From Nitrososphaeria archaeon (lineage in GTDB: Archaea; Thermoproteota; Nitrososphaeria; JACIWG01): a stretch of 64,000 nt of DNA. The stretch's first letter is position 1. The number at the start of each line of letters is the position of its first letter. The notes under the pieces were generated by a model. That model worked only from the letters and a program-made list of their open reading frames with translations. It had not been told where the DNA came from and did no database searches. A program made the position numbers and the translations under genes. Of this stretch, positions 41,883 through 51,455 are shown piece after piece. The stretch lies in NCBI GenBank assembly GCA_963752255.1, contig CAVVXT010000019.1, positions 288,001-352,000 on the forward strand, written 5' to 3'.

Positions 41883-42358
41883 TGGAGATGCAATTGATAA
41901 ACGGCACTTAAAAAATGATATGCCGGATTCGATCTACATTTTCCGATTTGAATTTACAAGGATTTACATCGGTTACTAGCAGAGCTTTTAAATCATTAAT
42001 AATTGTGCTTGCTTTCTTGTTCACAAAATCTCTACAATGGAGGAACATATATTAGCTAGCCCAGCTAGTGTAGCAGAATCTTTTACAATTAATTCAATAA
42101 AAAAAGCAGCCATATGTGGAAACCGATCAAGTAGACTTATCACATAAACTGTAAAGATACGCAAGATGATTCTAACCTCTACTATTAACTTACACCTTGT
42201 AAAGACTTCACAATAGTAAGCCTGATTTTCCAACCCAATGCAATAGGCCAGCAAAGACGAGTGTAATTGGGTTTCACAAACACATTGCAAATGTGCTAAT
42301 ATCTCCTTAACAGGCTAGTAAAAGTTCATAAACATCTCATAGAAAAGAGATTCTGTTC

Positions 42359-43213
42359 ATGTCATACCAGCCTAGGATAAGATCACCTCGCGGTCCACGA
42401 CGTGGAATGTCGCGACGTGAGAAGACCGAGGCCAAGACTAAGAGAAAGAAACATCGATCTAGCGGTAGCAAAATGTGGGAGGAGAATCAAGCAACGACCT
42501 CAGAAGAGGTTATAGACAGAACTCTTAACATGATACACAGTCTAGGAAGACAGAAATTTGGACTACCACCTTTTAGCGATCACTTTAGCCGCTGGCTTAT
42601 TAATCTAAGAGGCATCGTATCCGAATTTGAGTTAAGTAAAGCAAGTGTGGATGATCAATTCTTGAAAGAAAGTTCTCAAATACTCTCGAATATTGAGCTT
42701 GAACTCGAAAAAGTAAGGCAGCAGGAAGCTTCTTGTCGGGAGGTCATCAAAAATCTCTCGAACAACAGGATTCTTCTTGAACAAATCAAAGAAGAGTATG
42801 CCACCAAGGCCAAAGAGATAGAGGGGCGGAAAGAGAGTCAAATCAAACGTTTATCCAGCAATATAGACGATTTAAGAGTGGAACTGACCCGCATTTCTCT
42901 AATGAAAACTGGCATCTTTAGAGCCCTTTCGGTTAAAGCCAAGGCGCAAAAAGAGGCGGAAGCAACCCAGAGAGTTAATTCAGCTGAAAAGGAGCTAGAA
43001 TCAGCTGTGCAAAATTTTTCTTTCGAGCAAAAAAAACTATTAGACGAATACGAAAAAAGGGAACAACCAATTATCGAGCAGATACAGAACCAAGAGGAAG
43101 AGATCGAAAATCAAGAGGTTGACAACTCAATAGAAGCTAGAAGAATCGCATGTGAAGCTCTTGTAAATACTGTGAACGAACTTGTTCTGAGAAAAAGATC
43201 AATGGCTCATTAA
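42359..43213 (+). CDS. Hypothetical coiled-coil protein with basic N-terminus
   Basis: 284-aa E/K/Q-rich helical ORF. Confidence 0.75.
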   Translation: MSYQPRIRSPRGPRRGMSRREKTEAKTKRKKHRSSGSKMWEENQATTSEEVIDRTLNMIHSLGRQKFGLPPFSDHFSRWLINLRGIVSEFELSKASVDDQFLKESSQILSNIELELEKVRQQEASCREVIKNLSNNRILLEQIKEEYATKAKEIEGRKESQIKRLSSNIDDLRVELTRISLMKTGIFRALSVKAKAQKEAEATQRVNSAEKELESAVQNFSFEQKKLLDEYEKREQPIIEQIQNQEEEIENQEVDNSIEARRIACEALVNTVNELVLRKRSMAH

Positions 43214-43371
43214 ACTGTCCCCAAGAAGATGTCCTTTCACAGTCACAGGAAGGAGAAATCGAACTTGCATCAAATTGATGCATCGTTCACGTTGCATGCT
43301 CTTTTATAATTACATAAAAAAGGGTTTAAAAAAAAAGGTTTAAATATAATTTTTTGCGATGTCCATTAATT

Positions 43372-44430
43372 ATGTTTTGCCCTAAATGCGGTACTCAGCT
43401 TCCAGATAATGCAACCTTCTGCATGAAGTGTGGAGCCCAAGTTGGTGCGACTGAACAGCCAAATCAGGCACAACCCTCGACGGCACCGATATTGGCTCCT
43501 TATGGGGCCACGGCCCTAAATTGCCCCAATTGTGGTGCCCCAATTTCACCAAAATTCGGTGAGATGGTCATAACTTGCGAGTACTGTGGAAGCGGCGTTA
43601 CTTTGGGAACTCAGGGATGGACTGGCATACAAAAGCAGACAATGCTTGCTCTGAAAATTGCCAGCGTTGACGAAGTGAATTCCATAATCAAACCAATGAT
43701 GGACAAAGGTCTTCTAAATAGACACCTCCAAGAGAACTCTACCCAGGAGGAAATGAACCTCTCGTACGTACCTTACTGGATCGTAAGTGTCTCCGCACGC
43801 ACCACTGTAGTCGCCACGAATGTTGCCGCGCAAGTTGGACAAACTGCTACGACCGTCGCACTGATGGGCGTCATATTGGGAGGGATGGGCGGCGGGTTTG
43901 GAGGCGGAGGAAGAGGAGGCCGCAGATTCGCTTTGGGATACGGAGGAATAGGAATAATTGGCTTGTTCAGCGGGGGTTTCAGGTCGGTTCGAAACATGGC
44001 CTTCGGAATGGGAATGGGATATGGTGGCGGGGGAATGAAGAAAACCGAGCAGTTGGACGCGAACTACAACTTTCCTGTGGTTGCGCTAAAAGCGCTCACG
44101 GAATATCAGCCACGGGAATATCAATTTGCTCTCGAAGGCAGAACTCTGTTTGACATCACAAAGTTGCCCAAGAACATCAAGATCCTTAACGGAGACATCA
44201 GCGAAGACGTTGCGAAGTCCCAGGCAAAGACCCTAGTTGATCAGCTGCAATCAGAGAAGGCGCACACAAAATATAGCATGATCCAACAACTAAATACAGA
44301 GTCGGACGTCGGGGACGTAGAGTTGCTCCATGCTCCAATATGGTTCGTGAGGTACGATCACAAGGGAAAGAAGATTGCGCTTGTCATTGATGCAAACTCC
44401 GGCTACGTGATCAACAGCATTGGTCTCTGA
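43372..44430 (+). CDS. Zinc-ribbon domain protein with Gly-rich insert
   Basis: MFCPKCG...FCMKCG, CPNCG...CEYCG; C-terminal HAPIWFVRY...IDANSG. Confidence 0.8.
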   Translation: MFCPKCGTQLPDNATFCMKCGAQVGATEQPNQAQPSTAPILAPYGATALNCPNCGAPISPKFGEMVITCEYCGSGVTLGTQGWTGIQKQTMLALKIASVDEVNSIIKPMMDKGLLNRHLQENSTQEEMNLSYVPYWIVSVSARTTVVATNVAAQVGQTATTVALMGVILGGMGGGFGGGGRGGRRFALGYGGIGIIGLFSGGFRSVRNMAFGMGMGYGGGGMKKTEQLDANYNFPVVALKALTEYQPREYQFALEGRTLFDITKLPKNIKILNGDISEDVAKSQAKTLVDQLQSEKAHTKYSMIQQLNTESDVGDVELLHAPIWFVRYDHKGKKIALVIDANSGYVINSIGL

Positions 44431-44615
44431 AGGCAAAGACAAATCTAGATATATTTATAGTTGTACTTTAAAGCAATTTTCAAGGACTTATCTAACGCGC
44501 TAGTTTCATATAATGCAATGAATAGATGCATGTTCCGATAAAATCGTCTATAATCCAATCTCTAACTTATACATTAATATTACCCTTATGTAGATTATAT
44601 TATAGGATATAGTTG

Positions 44616-45018
44616 TTAGGACCTCTCGATTAGTTCAATAAGCGTTCCATCAGGGTCTTCTATGAATGCTATAACAGAACCTCCTGGACCAAGCCTAAAC
44701 GGTTCGTCGGTTATCGTAACCTTTCCATTTCTCAACATTTCAATAGTTTTTTTCATATCCTTAATGTCAAAAGCAAGGTGATCAAATAGACGGTCTTCGT
44801 AGTCGGCTTGAATAAAATTCTTCTGTCCCTTATAAAAGGTAAGCTCAAGGCTGGCTCCCTTCCCTTCCGGATCCTGCAAGAACGCGACCTCAGCATTATT
44901 CTGTGGGATCTCCCTCCGTCTTACGAGTTTTAGGCCCATCATCTTAGTGTAGAAGTCTATAGATCTATCCATATTTCTTGTTCGAATACTAGTGTGAACA
45001 AAAATCGTATTTCTTCAC
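44616..45018 (-). CDS. VOC/glyoxalase I family protein (probable 5' frameshift near 45005)
   Basis: FVHTSIRTRNMDRSIDFY, LELT, HLAF, FIEDPDGTLIELI. Confidence 0.88.
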
Positions 45019-45170
45019 TGCTTAACATATATAATCTTTTGAATATAAATTATCGCTACACATTTTATGTTGATAGCCAATGATTAAAAGTTCCTGTATT
45101 TACCTAAAGACCTTACCGCTGATGTGTAGATCTGTTCTTTCGGTAAGAAAAGCTAGTAGCCATCAATGAA

Positions 45171-45505
45171 CTAGCTCAAGCCGAGCAACTCTATCAACTG
45201 TCTTTCAGTTAATCCCTTTCCAGGTACCCATCTAGGCGTTTTGAAACTTTCCCATTTTTGAATAGAAGTACTGTGGGTACTATTTCCACAGAATATTTAT
45301 TCAAGAGATTTAACTTATCATCTATCTTTACACACAAACAATTTTGTACATTATCTTTAGCATATCTCTCAAATACCAGTAAGAACCTTGAGGAAAAAGG
45401 GCATCAAGATGCATAGAAAAGAATGAAAACTTTATCCTTGGATTGAAGTATGTAGTCAAGGTCGCCTTAGCCATCGATTAGCTTGCGATTATCGATTTTA
45501 CTCAT
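45171..45505 (-). pseudogene. Thioredoxin-family pseudogene
   Basis: MSKID...G*GDLD...FILFYAS*CPFSSRF...YSVEIVPTVLLFKNGKVSKRLDG. Two in-frame stops and a 3' frameshift. Confidence 0.75.
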
Positions 45506-45523
45506 CAAACTTCCCTCTCCATG

Positions 45524-46224
45524 TTATTCGGGATAATGGCTGCTGTCACAGAAAGGTTTGTTTGAAGACTTACCGCAGCGGCAGAGGGTAACTCGATTGC
45601 GAACTTCGTAAACCTTTCCGTCAGCTGATTCGATCGGAATGCCACCGCGAACCCAGAGAGGACCACTAACCCCTACTTTGGGGTCTTCAACCAATATAAT
45701 GGACCTTTCAAAATCTGGTTCCATCGCTTTTCCACTTTTTTTGTCCCAAACAACTAGAGTGCCAGATGGGCAGTCCCCACCTTCTTCGATGGCTATTCTA
45801 TTAGCTTCAGGGTCATCCTTTTGCGATACCAGATCCCAAATTCCTCCAGCTCGGTGGCAGAAACGTGCTGATGCGCATAAACTCTCATCATCGGTTAATT
45901 TTAAAACTGGACCAACGATCTCTTTAGCCCTATTAACGTAAGGTTCACGACTTCCCGTCTCAATGCCGTTGAAATTAACTTTTGAGTGTGTACTATCGCA
46001 GAATGGTTTTGCCTTAGACTGGCCGCAGCGGCAAAGGGTGTAATTCTCATGAGGTGGGTATTTATTGCCTATCTGCCACTCAACAAAGTTCCTTCATTGT
46101 CTGTGCCGATTATCATCTTTATCAAGGGGATTCCACCAGAAACAAGATAGGGACCATTCTTGCATACCTTGATCTTACACTTATCATTGATATTCCCTAT
46201 ATCATTTACGTTCCTAGTCGCCAT
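45524..46224 (-). CDS. CDGSH iron-sulfur protein (CDGSH, divergent 4Fe-4S, CDGSH); frameshift near 46080
   Basis: Manual translation: KNGPYLVSG, TLCRCGQSKAKPFCDSTH, LCASARFC, CPSG, TLCRCGKSSNKPFCDSSH. Confidence 0.85.
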
Positions 46225-46450
46225 ATCCTAATCTTTCTCTTTCCTATTGAAACCTCAAAGCCGAAGAGAATTAAATGTATCCATAAATTCGTCCCAATAA
46301 ATTTGTCATTTATCATTTTATTCATAATTTTTGACAGGATATGACATCGATTTGTCTAAAACATTGATCTTCAACAAAAATCAAATCACCGCAAAGCATT
46401 ATTATCTTAAATACCTCTTTCAAGTATGTATTCTTTATTAAAAGAATCGG

Positions 46451-47029
46451 ATGTTAGAAATCTTTATTAAACATGGACTAGAAATTAATTCTATGTCTGC
46501 AAGGCAAATATGGATTATGCGCGACTATCCAAAATGCACCGGCTGTCGAAGGTGTGAAATCGCGTGTTCCCTATACCATGAGAAGAAAATCTGGCCTGAA
46601 GCTTCTATGGTAAGAGTTTTCATGTTGGCTCCAGGTCTAGAATATCCGCACTTGTGCACTCAGTGCCACGATTATCCATGTGTGGAATCCTGTCCAACAG
46701 AACCTAAAGCGCTTTCCGTTGATGAAAAAACAGGCGCTGTTCTTGTCGATCGGAAACTTTGTATCAGCTGCATGAAATGTATTAAAGCGTGCCCTGGTCA
46801 CGTCCCATTCCTTCGCCCTAGTGATAACAAATCAACCATCTGCGATCTTTGCAACGGCGATCCTCAGTGTGTTAAGGTCTGCCAAGAAGCTAAGTATGAT
46901 GTCTTGAGAACAATACAATACGATAAAGGGAAAGGCGATGCGCTAATCTTTAAAGTTTATGCGAAAACACCTAAGGAAATAACGGAAGGGCTCTCCACCT
47001 TGATCTACGGGGAAAATTTTGAGGTGTGA
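46451..47029 (+). CDS. 4Fe-4S dicluster electron-transfer subunit (AOR partner)
   Basis: Four Cys clusters (CTGCRRCEIAC, CTQC...CP, CISCMKC...CP, CDLC...C). Confidence 0.9.
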   Translation: MLEIFIKHGLEINSMSARQIWIMRDYPKCTGCRRCEIACSLYHEKKIWPEASMVRVFMLAPGLEYPHLCTQCHDYPCVESCPTEPKALSVDEKTGAVLVDRKLCISCMKCIKACPGHVPFLRPSDNKSTICDLCNGDPQCVKVCQEAKYDVLRTIQYDKGKGDALIFKVYAKTPKEITEGLSTLIYGENFEV

Positions 47030-47032
47030 TAA

Positions 47033-48892
47033 ATGAAGGGATATGCTGGAAAGTTTGCAGAAATAAATCTTGACGATAAAAAGATTAAGGAAATTAAATT
47101 TGATGAGAGAACCCTAAGAAAATATATTGGCGGTAGAGGTTTGTCTGCTAAAGTCTTATGGGATAGGCTAGGGGAGAGATGGGAAGAGATTGACCCATTG
47201 GGTCCAGATAATATTTTAACACTCTTTACTGGTCCACTTACAGGATACTACCCCGGCGGCCGCCTTTGTGTTTCAGGGAAGTCCCCACAGAGCAATGGCA
47301 TTACCGGAAGCACTGTTGCAGGTGAATTTGCAGTCGATCTCAGATGCGCTGGATGGGACGGCCTAATTATATTAGGCGCTGCAGAAAAACCCTCCTACAT
47401 TTTGGTGAGAGATTCCTCAATTGAAATAAGGAACGCCAGTCATGTCTGGGGAAAGGACGGAAAAAAGGTTTCACTGACCCTGTCAAAGGAGGTTAGAGAA
47501 GAATGGAACAGGAAGTACCCTAGTCGAGAATGGAAAGAGCCTTCAATGGTGTACGTGGGACCAGCTGGACAGAACAAGACCAGAGTTGCTGCAGTGGAGT
47601 CAAAGTGGGCTCATGGAGCGGGATATGGCGGATACGGCGGTGTAATGGGGTCTAAGAATCTGGTCGCTGTTCTGGCAAGAGGAACCGGACCTTTGCCTGA
47701 CGTCTACGATCAACCAAAGGTCTTGGAGCTTCTCGACCAAGTTGTTAAAGAATGCATAAACAACGATAGCATGAGGAGGTGGGGCACAGGCGCAGCCGGA
47801 TTTTCTGTTGGAAGCACAACGAGTTCTGAGCCTGTAAGGAACTGGCAGGAGGAGTGGCACGATGAAAAATCTTATGGTGTAGACCAGTTTGAAAGTAGGG
47901 TTTGGGTAAAAAGGTACTGGGCTGACTTCGGGTGTCCGACATCCTGCGAAAAACTTTCAGTGGTCAGGACGGGAGAGTTCAAGGGTGCTATAACCGATAA
48001 CCCAGACTATGAGACGCAAGCCTACTGCGGACCAAACGTAGGTGTCTTTGTCCCAGAGGCGAGCGTCTACTTGAATTCGTGCCTGGAAGACCTTGGGTTC
48101 TGTGGAATACAGGCTGGTAATGTGCTAGGTTTCACAGGTGAACTCTACCAACGCGGTATACTTACAAAGGAAGAGTTGGGCGGTGTAGAACTTAAATGGG
48201 GTGACACCAAAGCGTTTGCAAAGGTTGCAGAAATGATCGCCTACCGTAAAGGTGTAGGCAATATACTTGCTGAAGGCACATATCGGGCAGCCATAAAATT
48301 AGGTAAGATGAAGGGGCAAGACCTGCTTAAATATGCTATCCAATGTAAGGGTATTTCTCTAGGTGCCCACGGCATCAGAAGTGGCCTCGATTACGTCCCC
48401 GTAATGGGGTATACGTGTGGCGCCCAGGGAGGAGATCACACCTCTGTGGCTTATCTTCCAGTAACCCATTCCGGCAGTGAGCACAGCACAATCCTGCAAG
48501 ACTCTGGCGTGTACTGCATGTTCAACGCGGGACCTATGACGCCACAGTTCCAGATAGATTTCCTGAACGCTGTCACGGGATTCAACATTACAGCTGATGA
48601 ATGGTATAACGATATGGCGCTATCAATTATACAGATCCAGAGAGCTGCGCTGCTGATCGGAGGGCCGGACGCTAAATGGGCTGGAATAGACGAAAACCCG
48701 CCAAGGTTCTATGAACCGCTGCCGTCAGGTCCACACAAAGGAAAAGTCACCGACATCAAAGAGGTGGAGGAAATGAAGCTTGAGTACTACAAGGTGGTTG
48801 GTTGGAATGAAAAGGGAGTTCCTACATCTGAAACTCTGAAAAAGCTGGGACTGGAGGACGTGGACAGAATCTTGTCGAAGAAGCTAAAATAG
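47033..48892 (+). CDS. aor: Tungsten-dependent aldehyde:ferredoxin oxidoreductase family protein
   Basis: MKGYAGK, YIGGRGL, KSPQS, GVMGSKNL, PDYET, GDH, GVPT..TLKKLGL. Confidence 0.92.
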   Translation: MKGYAGKFAEINLDDKKIKEIKFDERTLRKYIGGRGLSAKVLWDRLGERWEEIDPLGPDNILTLFTGPLTGYYPGGRLCVSGKSPQSNGITGSTVAGEFAVDLRCAGWDGLIILGAAEKPSYILVRDSSIEIRNASHVWGKDGKKVSLTLSKEVREEWNRKYPSREWKEPSMVYVGPAGQNKTRVAAVESKWAHGAGYGGYGGVMGSKNLVAVLARGTGPLPDVYDQPKVLELLDQVVKECINNDSMRRWGTGAAGFSVGSTTSSEPVRNWQEEWHDEKSYGVDQFESRVWVKRYWADFGCPTSCEKLSVVRTGEFKGAITDNPDYETQAYCGPNVGVFVPEASVYLNSCLEDLGFCGIQAGNVLGFTGELYQRGILTKEELGGVELKWGDTKAFAKVAEMIAYRKGVGNILAEGTYRAAIKLGKMKGQDLLKYAIQCKGISLGAHGIRSGLDYVPVMGYTCGAQGGDHTSVAYLPVTHSGSEHSTILQDSGVYCMFNAGPMTPQFQIDFLNAVTGFNITADEWYNDMALSIIQIQRAALLIGGPDAKWAGIDENPPRFYEPLPSGPHKGKVTDIKEVEEMKLEYYKVVGWNEKGVPTSETLKKLGLEDVDRILSKKLK

Positions 48893-48987
48893 ACCTCTAA
48901 CCGAGCCCCTTTTTTACAATTATTGTTACTCTCTTATGCAGCTTAATGGTTTTCTTCATAGCCCAAATCATCCCTTTCAGAAATTAT

Positions 48988-49008
48988 ACCCGAAAATGTT
49001 CGGGAAAT
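48988..49008 (+). promoter_or_regulatory. Conserved palindromic upstream motif, copy 3
   Basis: ACCCGAAAATGTTCGGGAAAT followed by ACTTAATTA. Confidence 0.75.
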
Positions 49009-49036
49009 ACTTAATTATGACAAGCTCATATTAAGC

Positions 49037-49237
49037 ATGATTAATATGGTAGAAGAAGTATGTCCAAACTGCAAGGAGAAAATTTCAGTTCATGACGATA
49101 CTGTAGTGAAGAAGATAGGAGGCAAAACAATGAAGTTCTGCTCCCTGGCCTGCGCTGATGCCTACAAGGAAGTGGGCAAGAAAAGTGAAGAATTATCAAG
49201 AGAAAAAAAAGGCACATTATTTGGTCCACCCGTATAG
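49037..49237 (+). CDS. Small TRASH/YHS-like metal-binding protein
   Basis: CPNC...KFCSLAC...Y. Confidence 0.7.
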   Translation: MINMVEEVCPNCKEKISVHDDTVVKKIGGKTMKFCSLACADAYKEVGKKSEELSREKKGTLFGPPV

Positions 49238-49307
49238 AAATTGGGGATGGAAAAGTCCTGAACTTGAAAATTGAGCCTTTTCTCCTTCTTTTTGATAAAG
49301 CTTAATG

Positions 49308-49622
49308 TTACGTTATCACTACCGTTTTGGGATAATCTCTACCAGAGTAGGTGTGGAACATCATGTTTGTCAGACCTGAAGGTAGCGGTGAACTGAAGTT
49401 TAGAGTGACAGTTTCTGTTCCTCTTTCCTTAAGGTAAATTGGCATCCTAGGGTCGGATCTTCCTCCGTTTACCTCATTTAAAGGCTTACCTTCAATTAAT
49501 ATTTTGGTAATGATGGCCTCTAGGGTCCCTATATTTTTGACGTTTATTAGTATCTCTGACCTGCTATTTGAAATCGCCCATATGTCAAGGTATTCGAAAC
49601 CCCTTTTCGCCTGCGAGCTCAT
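49308..49622 (-). CDS. Hypothetical beta-sandwich protein (archaeal pilin/flagellin C-terminal-like)
   Basis: INVKNIG...ITKILIEG...TYSGRDYP. No class III signal peptide. Confidence 0.5.
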   Translation of the reverse strand: MSSQAKRGFEYLDIWAISNSRSEILINVKNIGTLEAIITKILIEGKPLNEVNGGRSDPRMPIYLKERGTETVTLNFSSPLPSGLTNMMFHTYSGRDYPKTVVIT

Positions 49623-49799
49623 AGATATCTCTGGGAATATGACTGCAACATGCTATTTAAAATTAATTCTAAGACCAGCTTTAACAAAGCTTAATATACG
49701 TAACCTACCTTTTCACCTTTTTTTAGCTTCGATATTATTAGAAACTCTATCCTTACAGAGCCATTAAAAATTCATATATCTGCAATAACACCATTACAA

Positions 49800-50504
49800 A
49801 TGAGGAGAGAATTTGTGAATAAGCTGACTCGTGATAAAATCGCGAAAATGGTTGATTACGCCTCCGCTCTAAACGCTAATGCTACAAAAGATGACATTAT
49901 CAGAAGCTGTGATGATGCTATTGAAAATAAATTTAACGCTGTCGCAGTAACCCCTGATTACGTTGCCCTTGCATCAAGACGACTTAAAGGCAGCGGAGTT
50001 AAAGTTCTAGCTGCCGTCGGCTTTCCTTGGGGTTCAAATGCGACTGAAACAAAGGTTGCAGAAACGAAACGTGCGATAGAGGATGGTGCTAAGGAAATCG
50101 ACATGGTCATTAACATAGGTTGGCTAAAGTCTGGAGACTACAAGTCCGTAGAAGACGACATCAGAGCGGTAGTCAAAGCCTCAAAGGAAGGAGGAGAAGA
50201 TATTATTGTAAAGGTTATCATAGAAACTGGCTACTTGACTGATGATGAAAAAATAAAGGCAAGTAGACTTATAAGAGACGCTGGAGCGGATTTTGTCAAG
50301 ACATGTACTGGAGTGAGTCCCGGCGCGGCAACAATACATGATATAGCCTTGATTTATAACGCAGTCGGAAAGGAAATAGGAGTAAAAGCCTCGGGTTCCG
50401 TAAATTACCTAGAAGATTTGCTACAACTGCATGGAGCCGGGGCAACAAGGTTCGGGTCTAGATCGGTGGCCTTGATAAACGCGTTGAAAAAGTTAGAGAA
50501 ATAA
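49800..50504 (+). CDS. deoC: Deoxyribose-phosphate aldolase
   Basis: VGFPWG, GAKEIDMVINIG, KVIIETG, GADFVKT, GVKASG, GATRFG. Confidence 0.93.
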   Translation: MRREFVNKLTRDKIAKMVDYASALNANATKDDIIRSCDDAIENKFNAVAVTPDYVALASRRLKGSGVKVLAAVGFPWGSNATETKVAETKRAIEDGAKEIDMVINIGWLKSGDYKSVEDDIRAVVKASKEGGEDIIVKVIIETGYLTDDEKIKASRLIRDAGADFVKTCTGVSPGAATIHDIALIYNAVGKEIGVKASGSVNYLEDLLQLHGAGATRFGSRSVALINALKKLEK

Positions 50505-50726
50505 CCGTTTGAAGAAAGCTTTCGCTATCTTCGAATCCGTTTATAAAAAACAATCCATGTTGAACAAGTAGAGCTGCTTAATTGATCAAAATCTGTGGCA
50601 TGCTTTTTGACTTGTACTTGACGTTACATCAGTGATTTACTGTTTAGGTCCTCATCCTCTTGATTATTATGTAGATAGAACTCCAAGTGTCAATGGAATT
50701 TCAAGGTTATTACCGTTTCTATTAAC

Positions 50727-50788
50727 GGTTTTTATGCATCTGTTGTGCATGGGTTAATGGTGATGTTGGATATTGCGTTCATTGTGCA
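50727..50788 (+). repeat. Left terminal inverted repeat
   Basis: Three TT(G/A)TGCA units; about 49/63 aligned columns identical to the reverse complement of 53455-53515 (manual alignment). Confidence 0.85.
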
Positions 50789-51006
50789 AAACATTCATGT
50801 ATAATTTACATTGTAAACTTAGCTTTTTTGATGTGGGGGTGCTACATAGCTTGATTGACTTTGTAAATCTACTTAACTTTACAAGTTTACAGATTTACAG
50901 TCGCTTTGCTTCATGGTATGATAACGATATACATATAGACCTTGACTGTATTAGTTAACGACGTACAACGACGTTAACGCCGTAACGTTAACGATGTATA
51001 AACGGT

Positions 51007-51083
51007 TGCGACAGTCGGGATTTGAACCCGAGTCTCCTGCCCTGGCAAAGGTGGCGCATTTGACCTTACTATGCTACTGTCGC
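51007..51083 (-). tRNA. tRNA-Gly(GCC)-like gene with aberrant anticodon arm
   Basis: GCGACAG/CTGTCGC acceptor stem plus A, GCAT/ATGC D-stem, TCGGG-TTCAAAT-CCCGA T-arm, 4-nt variable loop. Anticodon arm is 19 nt (CCACCTTTGCCAGGGCAGG) and poorly paired. Confidence 0.7.
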
Positions 51084-51106
51084 AACCTTTTCATTCTTAA
51101 CCATGA

Positions 51107-51121
51107 GATAAAAACCTTTCC
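51107..51121 (-). promoter_or_regulatory. BRE-TATA promoter of the tRNA-like gene
   Basis: Minus strand GGAAAGGTTTTTATC ending 24 nt upstream of tRNA position 1. Confidence 0.6.
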
Positions 51122-51184
51122 ATAATAATGATGAGACAAAAACCCTCAATTGCATTTAAATACCTGTAATTTAATTATTTTATA

Positions 51185-51355
51185 TTATTCTAACCTTTTA
51201 ACTTTCATAATTTTTCTGCTATCTTGGGTGATTATTTCCCAATCTAATACGTCTCCTATTTTTAAGTTCATTTCCTTTGCGATCTTTTCTGGTATAGTTG
51301 TTCTCATCGAAGGCGATATACTGCTTGCCTTTGCTATGGTTGATTTTTCTCCCAT
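51185..51355 (-). CDS. AbrB/MazE/SpoVT-family DNA-binding protein (56 aa, not in ORF track)
   Basis: MGEKSTIAKASSISPSMRTTIPEKIAKEMNLKIGDVLDWEIITQDSRKIMKVKRLE*. Confidence 0.85.
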   Translation of the reverse strand: MGEKSTIAKASSISPSMRTTIPEKIAKEMNLKIGDVLDWEIITQDSRKIMKVKRLE

Positions 51356-51357
51356 GT

Positions 51358-51450
51358 TATACCTTATCTACCTATATGTTTATATACTTTATCTACCTAT
51401 ATTACCTATACATATATATACCTATTATACCTATAGGTATGGTAGGTAGA
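51358..51450. promoter_or_regulatory. Divergent promoter region with multiple TACCTAT-like repeats
   Basis: TATCTACCTATA twice, further TACCTAT copies, and palindrome ATACCTATAGGTAT between the AbrB and transposase starts. Confidence 0.65.
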
Positions 51451-51455
51451 TTAAT

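Noticed and set aside
42021-42290. 89-aa minus-strand ORF
   Set aside because: TTG start, no motifs, AT-rich intergenic composition; cannot be supported.
45404-45406. In-frame TGA next to the thioredoxin active site as selenocysteine or recoded Trp
   Set aside because: It aligns with Trp rather than Cys, the gene also has a TAA and a frameshift, and TGA is an ordinary stop elsewhere in the window.
50714-50740. Transposon ends as tyrosine-recombinase att sites (joined ends give a lox-like 13-8-13 site)
   Set aside because: No integrase is present; GG-starting IRs plus an 8-bp duplication are better explained by the internal IS6-like DDE transposase.
51150-51449. 99-aa plus-strand ORF from the track
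   Set aside because: Antisense shadow of the AbrB gene and the repeat-rich promoter.
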